IMG/VR virus record: IMGVR_UViG_3300005309_000005
DNA from: a virus
Direction: 5' to 3' (one strand)
Length of the DNA: 5,243 nucleotides
In this document: positions 1 through 4,620 of the stretch, one piece after another
Layout: every line of letters starts with the position of its first letter
Numbering within the stretch: position 1 is the first letter of the stretch
Notes under the pieces: model-generated
Database searches by the model: none
What the model was told of the DNA's origin: nothing
Seen by the model: the letters and a program-made list of their open reading frames with translations, nothing else
Made by a program: the position numbers and the translations under genes

Positions 1-201
1 GACGCCGACCGTACTTTTCTTAATTTGCCTTCCGAGCTTCGCGCTCGTTTTCAAAACGACCCCGGCCAATTGTTGGATTTTCTCAACAATTCCGATAATC
101 GTGAAGAAGCCGTTAAAATCGGCCTTCTTCCTTCTTCTGCGGCTATTTCCCCGCCTTCTCCCCCTTCTTCGCCGCCTCCCGACACGGACCGCGCCGATTA
201 G
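1..201 (+). CDS. VP3: C-terminal fragment of internal scaffolding protein VP3; duplicate of 4402..4602, 5' part lies off the window because of circular permutation
   Basis: Position 1 starts a codon of the VP3 frame (4402-4168=234, divisible by 3). It reads DADRTFLNLPSELRARFQNDPGQLLDFLNNSDNREEAVKIGLLPSS...DTDRAD and stops at TAG 199..201. Confidence 0.85.
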   Translation, partial: DADRTFLNLPSELRARFQNDPGQLLDFLNNSDNREEAVKIGLLPSSAAISPPSPPSSPPPDTDRAD

Positions 202-219
202 CGTAGCTAATTGGTGCGG
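189..219 (+). promoter_or_regulatory. Strong stem-loop H1 spanning the VP3 stop codon; function unknown (candidate 3' mRNA hairpin, terminator or ssDNA origin/packaging structure)
   Basis: CCGCGCCGATTAGC-GTA-GCTAATTGGTGCGG. Position i pairs with 408-i from 189/219 to 202/206, giving a 14-bp stem (12 Watson-Crick pairs plus 2 G.T/G.U) and a 3-nt loop. No T-run follows. Confidence 0.6.
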
Positions 220-247
220 CATGGGTTGACTTATGCTAAAAAGGGGT

Positions 248-294
248 GCACAGTCTGATACTAGATACAACTGTGCTAGGTGACACCGTCACCT
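248..294 (+). promoter_or_regulatory. Two adjacent stem-loops H2 and H3 in the VP3-VP8 intergenic region; candidate replication-origin or priming structure
   Basis: H2: GCACAGT (248..254) pairs with ACTGTGC (270..276), with a 15-nt loop CTGATACTAGATACA. H3: AGGTGAC (278..284) pairs with GTCACCT (288..294), with a 3-nt loop ACC. Only T277 separates them. Confidence 0.5.
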
Positions 295-318
295 CCCCTT
301 CCCCTCCTGGAGTTAACA

Positions 319-444
319 ATGCGCCCCTCATCCCGTTCTCGAGTTAACAAATCTCGCTCTGCCCGTAGCTTCCGCAAACAGTCCTCCCGCACTGCTGCCG
401 CCAATATCTTTGCCGGCCCAATGCGCGGCGGTATCCGCCTATAA
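319..444 (+). CDS. VP8: Small arginine-rich DNA-binding/packaging protein (gokushovirus ORF8/VP8, functional analogue of phiX174 protein J), 41 aa
   Basis: ATG 319 lies 6 nt after GGAG (309..312); stop is TAA 442..444. Translation: MRPSSRSRVNKSRSARSFRKQSSRTAAANIFAGPMRGGIRL, with 11 Arg/Lys and no Asp/Glu. The C-terminal MRGGIR[LF] ending matches what I recall for Chlamydia-phage ORF8 proteins. The stop lies 1 nt before the VP4 ATG. It is below the size cut-off of the ORF track. Confidence 0.8.
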   Translation: MRPSSRSRVNKSRSARSFRKQSSRTAAANIFAGPMRGGIRL

Positions 445-445
445 A

Positions 446-1342
446 ATGCCGTGCTTTCACCCCTTAAGCGCTTACAAATTGGGTGGCCAAATTCATTTTG
501 GCACCCCGATTTCATCGCTTTGCGCACCGTTGAAACTCCCTTGCGGTCAGTGCATCGGCTGCCGAATCGAGAGATCCCGCCAATGGGCTACTCGAATAAT
601 GTTCGAGTCCCAAATGCACGACGCTAGTTCGTTTATTACTTTGACTTATGCAAACGAACATTTACCTGATCCGCCATCCTTAGATTATTCTCATTATCAA
701 AAATTCATGAAACGACTTCGAAAGGAAGTCGGCCCAATTCGTTATTATGCTTGTGGCGAATATGGTGATAATAATTTCCGCCCTCATTTTCACGCTTGCC
801 TTTTCGGTATTGATTTTTCAAAAGACCGAAAATTTTTTGATACCTCACCATCTGGTCACCCCCTTTATCGCAGCCCCACGCTTGAACGTATCTGGCCCTG
901 GGGCTTTTCTTCGATTGCCGATTTATCTTTTGAATCCGCCGCTTATGTTGCGCGTTATTGTCTCAAAAAGATTACTGGCGATGAGTCAGAACATCATTAT
1001 CGACACGTTAATCACGATACCGGCGAAGTTACTCAATTAACCCCTGAGTTTGCCCGTATGTCCCTTAAACCCGGCATCGGTGGCCGCTGGTTTGATCTTT
1101 ATTCGTCCGATGTTTATAACGGCCATGACTACGTTGTTGTTAATGGCAAGCAGTGTCGTCCACCCCGTTATTTTGATCGTTTATTAGAACGATCTGATCC
1201 CGTCCGTTATGAGGAGGTTAAAACCGATCGAGTTAAATCCGCTGAAAAATATTTAGATAACAATACCCCTGAACGTCTCGCGATCCGCGAAGAACTTAAA
1301 TACGCTTCACTACAACAAACCGCTAAAAGAAACACATTATGA
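446..1342 (+). CDS. VP4: Replication initiation protein VP4 (HUH rolling-circle endonuclease, phiX174 gene A analogue), 298 aa
   Basis: The N-terminus MPCFHPL and the LPCGQCIGCRIERSRQWATRI Cys cluster are typical of gokushovirus VP4. RCR motif 1 is FITLTY. The HUH motif is HFH (785..793). The double-Tyr motif YVARYCLKK has Y at 944..946 and 956..958. I prefer ATG 446 to the track's TTG 410 because it abuts the VP8 stop and yields the conserved N-terminus. Stop is TGA 1340..1342. Confidence 0.93.
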   Translation: MPCFHPLSAYKLGGQIHFGTPISSLCAPLKLPCGQCIGCRIERSRQWATRIMFESQMHDASSFITLTYANEHLPDPPSLDYSHYQKFMKRLRKEVGPIRYYACGEYGDNNFRPHFHACLFGIDFSKDRKFFDTSPSGHPLYRSPTLERIWPWGFSSIADLSFESAAYVARYCLKKITGDESEHHYRHVNHDTGEVTQLTPEFARMSLKPGIGGRWFDLYSSDVYNGHDYVVVNGKQCRPPRYFDRLLERSDPVRYEEVKTDRVKSAEKYLDNNTPERLAIREELKYASLQQTAKRNTL

Positions 1343-1593
1343 AACTTTCCCTTTTTTCTTTGCAAGATTCGACTGCCTCACAATTTGGAGCTCCTTTTGT
1401 CGCTGTTAATGATAATTCTGCTGTGCGCTCTTGCTGCGTTGAAGCTGCTAATCCTGCTTCTGGCCCTCTCCACACTCATCCTGGCGATTTCCGCGTCTTC
1501 CGCTTGGGTGTATTTGACAGCGAGTCTGGTGTCTTCGAGCTCGAGCCTATCCCCGTTTTCCTTGCTAACGTAACCCGCCCGACCCAGGAGTAA
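1339..1593 (+). CDS. VP5: Small non-structural protein VP5 (gokushovirus ORF5 family; proposed phiX174 protein C analogue), 84 aa
   Basis: An ATGA start/stop overlap with VP4 implies translational coupling. The pattern D..x.F..PF....ND..A.R ... HP.DF..F.LG.FD...G matches my recollection of gokushovirus VP5 proteins. Position between VP4 and VP1 is canonical. Stop is TAA 1591..1593. Confidence 0.72.
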   Translation: MKLSLFSLQDSTASQFGAPFVAVNDNSAVRSCCVEAANPASGPLHTHPGDFRVFRLGVFDSESGVFELEPIPVFLANVTRPTQE

Positions 1594-1595
1594 TC

Positions 1596-3194
1596 ATGGC
1601 TGGCTTTCGCGCTCGATCTGTTAATACTCATCAATTTTCGATGGTTCCTCGCGCTGATATTCCGCGCTCCAGGTTCACCATTCAGTCTCAACATAAAACT
1701 ACGTTTGATAGCGGTTATCTCGTCCCTATGTACGTAAACGAAGTGCTTCCCGGCGACTCGTTTAACCTAAACATGACCGCATTTGCCCGTCTGGCTACAC
1801 CCATGGTTCCTCTCATGGATAATATGTACCTGGACACCTTTTTTTTCTTCGTTCCCAATCGTTTGGTTTGGGACAACTGGGAAAAATTTCAAGGCGAACG
1901 TATCGATCCTAATGACTCCATCGATTACATAATCCCCCAGCAAGTTTCCCCTGCCGGTGGTTACGCGCCTAACTCTCTACAAGACTATTTCGGCCTCCCT
2001 ACTGCCGGTCAAGTTGACCCCGCTGGTCGCGTTTCGCATTCCGCCCTTTACACACGTGCGTATAACCTTATTTACAACGAGTGGTTTAGAGATGAAAACC
2101 TGCAAGATTCGGTTCCTGTTCCTCGCTCTGACGGTCCTGACGCCGTTACTGATTTCGTCTTGCGTCGCCGTGGGAAACGACACGACTATTTCACCTCCGC
2201 TTTACCTTGGCCTCAAAAAGGACCCTCTGTTACTTTGCCCCTCGGAGCTCATGCACCCGTCCGCGGTGAGATCGTTGTAAGCGATTTCGCGGGCTCTAAC
2301 CGCATGGCTCTTGGCGTCGCCCAGGGCAAACAGGACGTATTTACTTCATCTGTTCCCGCTTTTGGTGGCAACCTTTTTTCTGCCGGTTCTAACGCTCCTA
2401 CCCTGCCTGGTCTTTACGCCGATCTCTCTGAGGCTACCGCTTCCACTATTAATCAGATTCGGCAGTCTTTCCAAATCCAACGCTTGCTCGAACGCGATGC
2501 TCGCGGCGGTACTCGTTATACTGAGATCATCCGCTCTCACTTTGGCGTCATTTCGCCAGATGCGCGCCTACAACGCCCTGAATACCTCGGCGGTGGCTCT
2601 ACCCCTATCTCTATCAATCCAGTCGCTCAGACGTCCGCTACGGACGGTAACGCCCCGCTCGCTACGCTTGCTGCCATCGGTACTACTGTCGTTAACCGCA
2701 ACGGATTCTCTCAGTCATTCACCGAACACGGCATGATTATTGGTCTCATGTCCGTACGTGCTGATCTCTCCTATCAACAAGGCATGCGCCGGATGTGGCA
2801 ACGTCGTACTCGATACGATTTTTATATGCCTGTTTTCGCCCACCTAGGCGAACAGGCAGTTCCCCGCTCTGAAATCTACACAACCGGTATCGCTGCTTCA
2901 GATAACACTGTCTTTGGCTATCAAGAACGCTGGGCTGAGTATCGCTATATGCCCAGCATGATTACCGGCCAATTTCGCTCTACTACTTCTGGTACGCTCG
3001 ATATCTGGCATTTGTCTCAGCGCTTTACCTCAGCGCCCACTTTGTCCGCTTCGTTTATCGAGGACAAGCCTCCTATTGATCGCGTTATAGCTGTTCCTTC
3101 TGAGCCTCAATTTATTTTTGATTCGCTCTTTGACGCTAAAGTTACGCGCCCTATGCCGCTTTATTCTGTCCCTGGCATGATCGACCACTTCTAA
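1596..3194 (+). CDS. VP1: Major capsid protein VP1 (Microviridae F-protein family), 532 aa
   Basis: GGAG 1587..1590 lies 5 nt upstream of ATG 1596. Hallmark blocks: FDSGYLVPMYVNEVLPGDSF, DTFFFFVPNRLVWDNWEKF, YNLIYNEWFRDENLQ, SALPWPQKG, INQIRQSFQIQRLLERDARGGTRYTEIIRSHFGV, RPEYLGGG. Stop is TAA 3192..3194. Confidence 0.97.
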   Translation: MAGFRARSVNTHQFSMVPRADIPRSRFTIQSQHKTTFDSGYLVPMYVNEVLPGDSFNLNMTAFARLATPMVPLMDNMYLDTFFFFVPNRLVWDNWEKFQGERIDPNDSIDYIIPQQVSPAGGYAPNSLQDYFGLPTAGQVDPAGRVSHSALYTRAYNLIYNEWFRDENLQDSVPVPRSDGPDAVTDFVLRRRGKRHDYFTSALPWPQKGPSVTLPLGAHAPVRGEIVVSDFAGSNRMALGVAQGKQDVFTSSVPAFGGNLFSAGSNAPTLPGLYADLSEATASTINQIRQSFQIQRLLERDARGGTRYTEIIRSHFGVISPDARLQRPEYLGGGSTPISINPVAQTSATDGNAPLATLAAIGTTVVNRNGFSQSFTEHGMIIGLMSVRADLSYQQGMRRMWQRRTRYDFYMPVFAHLGEQAVPRSEIYTTGIAASDNTVFGYQERWAEYRYMPSMITGQFRSTTSGTLDIWHLSQRFTSAPTLSASFIEDKPPIDRVIAVPSEPQFIFDSLFDAKVTRPMPLYSVPGMIDHF

Positions 3195-3202
3195 GGTGTC
3201 TT

Positions 3203-4114
3203 ATGGGCTTTTTTTCCGGTATTACTAAAGCCGTTACTTCACTCGCTAAACCCGCCTTATCCGCTGCTGGTGGCTATTTTGGCGGCCCTGCTGGTGCCGC
3301 TATTGGCGATACCCTCGGCGGTTTTATTGGCGATGCTGGCTCTGCCTACGCTGATTATTCCGCTGTTAAATCAGCCAATCGATTTAACGCTGACCAGGCG
3401 CGTATTGCGCGTGAATGGAACTCTGCGGAGGGTCTTAAATCTCGTGATTTCAACGCTGAACAGGCCCTCTTATCTCAACGCTTCAACGCTGATGAAGCCT
3501 TAAAAAATAGGAACTTTCAAGCCGACCAAACCACTAGTGCTATGCAGTTTGCCGAGCGTATGTCCAATACCGAATTTCAGCGTGCAACTGCTGATATGAA
3601 GGCTGCGGGCATTAATCCGATGCTCGCTTATATGCAGGGCGGTGCTTCGTCCCCCTCTGGCTCCGCTGCTGGCGGCTCGTCTGCTGCTGCCGCTGGCGCC
3701 TCGTCCTCACCTGCTGCCGGCCCTTCTGCGGCCGGTGCTGCTCCCGCCCTCCCTTCGGCCTCTGTCGCTTCTGCTGCTCAGGTCGCGCAGCTTGCGGCTC
3801 AAACAAAAATTGCTGCCGCTCAGATCGCTCAAGTCGAGGCTCAAACCCGTAATGTCGACGCTGACACTGTCAACAAGGTCACTCTTAACCCGAACATAAC
3901 TGCCGATACTTATGAAAAAACTACTCGTGGCCATACTAACCAGGCCATGGAAGATAACCTTCTAACTACTAAACATAAAATCATTGCTGATACTCAGCAA
4001 TCTCTTGCTACTGCTAAAAACATAGACTCTCTTAATATCGCTCTTAAACAACTACAAGATAATCCTGCTACTGCTCCATTTGCTGGAATGCTTCAAATCC
4101 TTCTCCGTAGATAA
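3203..4114 (+). CDS. VP2: Minor capsid / DNA pilot protein VP2 (phiX174 protein H analogue), 303 aa
   Basis: AAGGTG 3193..3198 lies upstream of ATG 3203. The N-terminus is Gly-rich and hydrophobic (GGYFGGPAGAAIGDTLGGFIGDAG, GxxxG-type). The conserved gokushovirus VP2 core is FAERMSNTEFQRATADMKAAGINPMLAY. Position after VP1 is canonical. Stop is TAA 4112..4114. Confidence 0.9.
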   Translation: MGFFSGITKAVTSLAKPALSAAGGYFGGPAGAAIGDTLGGFIGDAGSAYADYSAVKSANRFNADQARIAREWNSAEGLKSRDFNAEQALLSQRFNADEALKNRNFQADQTTSAMQFAERMSNTEFQRATADMKAAGINPMLAYMQGGASSPSGSAAGGSSAAAAGASSSPAAGPSAAGAAPALPSASVASAAQVAQLAAQTKIAAAQIAQVEAQTRNVDADTVNKVTLNPNITADTYEKTTRGHTNQAMEDNLLTTKHKIIADTQQSLATAKNIDSLNIALKQLQDNPATAPFAGMLQILLRR

Positions 4115-4118
4115 TTGT

Positions 4119-4157
4119 CGCGCGCGCGTTTCGTGTGTGTGTCTTTATCTTTTCTCT
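4119..4157 (+). terminator. Candidate intrinsic terminator/attenuator between VP2 and VP3: (CG)5-TTT-C(GT)5 hairpin plus T-rich tail
   Basis: As RNA, 4119..4128 CGCGCGCGCG pairs with 4132..4141 CGUGUGUGUG, giving 10 bp (6 G-C and 4 G.U) with loop UUU. The tail 4142..4157 is UCUUUAUCUUUUCUCU (11 of 16 are U). It starts 5 nt after the VP2 stop. Confidence 0.35.
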
Positions 4158-4167
4158 GGATATTTAT

Positions 4168-4602
4168 ATGCAATTCCGTAATCCCTACAATATTGATCAC
4201 GATATTAATTCTCACGTCACTGGCTTAGATCTTTCTGAGGCCTTTGATCGTACTCAACAAAACTTTAGAGACGAGTGTGATATCAACAATCTCGTCAAAC
4301 TCTATGCTCGTACCGGCGTTATTCCTGGTCAGGACATTCCCGCTATGCATTTCGATGCTGGTGATATTTCTGACTATCATTCCGCGCTCAATGCGCTCAT
4401 CGACGCCGACCGTACTTTTCTTAATTTGCCTTCCGAGCTTCGCGCTCGTTTTCAAAACGACCCCGGCCAATTGTTGGATTTTCTCAACAATTCCGATAAT
4501 CGTGAAGAAGCCGTTAAAATCGGCCTTCTTCCTTCTTCTGCGGCTATTTCCCCGCCTTCTCCCCCTTCTTCGCCGCCTCCCGACACGGACCGCGCCGATT
4601 AG
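4168..4602 (+). CDS. VP3: Internal scaffolding protein VP3 (Chlamydia-phage Chp2-type scaffold family), 144 aa
   Basis: MQFRNPYN...TQQNFRDECDINNLVKLYARTGV...FLNLPSELRARFQNDPGQLLDFLNNSDNREEAVKIGLL matches the conserved Q..F.DE.DIN and F..LP...R..F.NDP...L.F pattern I recall for gokushovirus VP3. I prefer ATG 4168 (weak GGA 4158..4160 upstream) to the track's GTG 4135, which lies inside the GT repeat. Stop is TAG 4600..4602. Confidence 0.88.
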   Translation: MQFRNPYNIDHDINSHVTGLDLSEAFDRTQQNFRDECDINNLVKLYARTGVIPGQDIPAMHFDAGDISDYHSALNALIDADRTFLNLPSELRARFQNDPGQLLDFLNNSDNREEAVKIGLLPSSAAISPPSPPSSPPPDTDRAD

Positions 4603-4620
4603 CGTAGCTAATTGGTGCGG
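4590..4620 (+). promoter_or_regulatory. Second copy of stem-loop H1 (same element as 189..219, offset 4401)
   Basis: Identical sequence within the wrap-around repeat. Confidence 0.6.

Larger units (their letters stand above)
1..842. repeat. Terminal direct repeat, copy A: wrap-around overlap of a circular genome, identical to 4402..5243
   Basis: By eye, 1..842 (gacgccgaccgtacttttc...aaaattttttgata) matches 4402..5243 with a constant offset of 4401. The ORF track shows the same 83-aa minus-strand ORF at 276..527 and 4677..4928, also offset by 4401. Confidence 0.97.
1..4401 (+). other. One unit length (4,401 nt) of a circular Microviridae (Gokushovirinae-like) ssDNA phage genome
   Basis: The repeat offset is 4401. 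Six same-strand genes have the canonical gokushovirus order VP1-VP2-VP3-(VP8)-VP4-VP5 when read around the circle. About 96% is coding. Confidence 0.9.

Noticed and set aside
226-254. Sigma70-like promoter: TTGACT at 226..231, plus TGcTAAAAA at 234..242 as an extended -10
   Set aside because: The hexamer 17 nt downstream of the -35-like element (CACAGT) matches TATAAT at only 3 of 6 positions. The extended -10 candidate lacks the final T and a properly spaced -35. The host is unknown, so it is not supportable as a feature.
410-445. TTG 410 as the VP4 start (track coordinates 410..1342)
   Set aside because: It would overlap the VP8 gene by 35 nt and add a non-conserved MPAQCAAVSAYK leader. 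ATG 446 gives the conserved MPCFHPL N-terminus and sits 1 nt after the VP8 stop.
276-527. 83-aa minus-strand ORF (also at 4677..4928)
   Set aside because: It is antisense to the VP8 gene and the VP4 start. It starts at GTG and has no SD that I can see. Microviridae transcribe one strand only. The Arg/Gly-rich product is what the complement of a Ser/Arg/Pro-rich gene gives.
1340-1342. Genetic code 4 (TGA=Trp, Spiroplasma/Mycoplasma host, as for SpV4) to explain the open frame after the VP4 TGA
   Set aside because: All genes are full length under the standard code and Trp is encoded by TGG throughout. There are no in-frame TGA codons in the six genes. The base composition is far from the AT-richness expected of mollicute phages.
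1839-1846. T8 homopolymer / T_TTT_TTC slippery heptamer in VP1 as a programmed -1 frameshift site
   Set aside because: It encodes the conserved FFFF of the capsid DTFFFFVP block. The -1 frame terminates after about 24 codons, and I could identify no downstream stimulatory structure.
1476-3934. Other minus-strand ORFs (1476..1694, 1977..2183, 2346..2540, 3612..3806, 3707..3934)
   Set aside because: They are short, antisense to well-supported genes and low-complexity basic in composition. No start context supports them.
4135-4167. GTG 4135 as the VP3 start (track coordinates 4135..4602)
   Set aside because: The codon lies inside the (GT)5 repeat/hairpin and would add a hydrophobic MCVFIFSLDIY leader. 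ATG 4168 gives a typical scaffold N-terminus.
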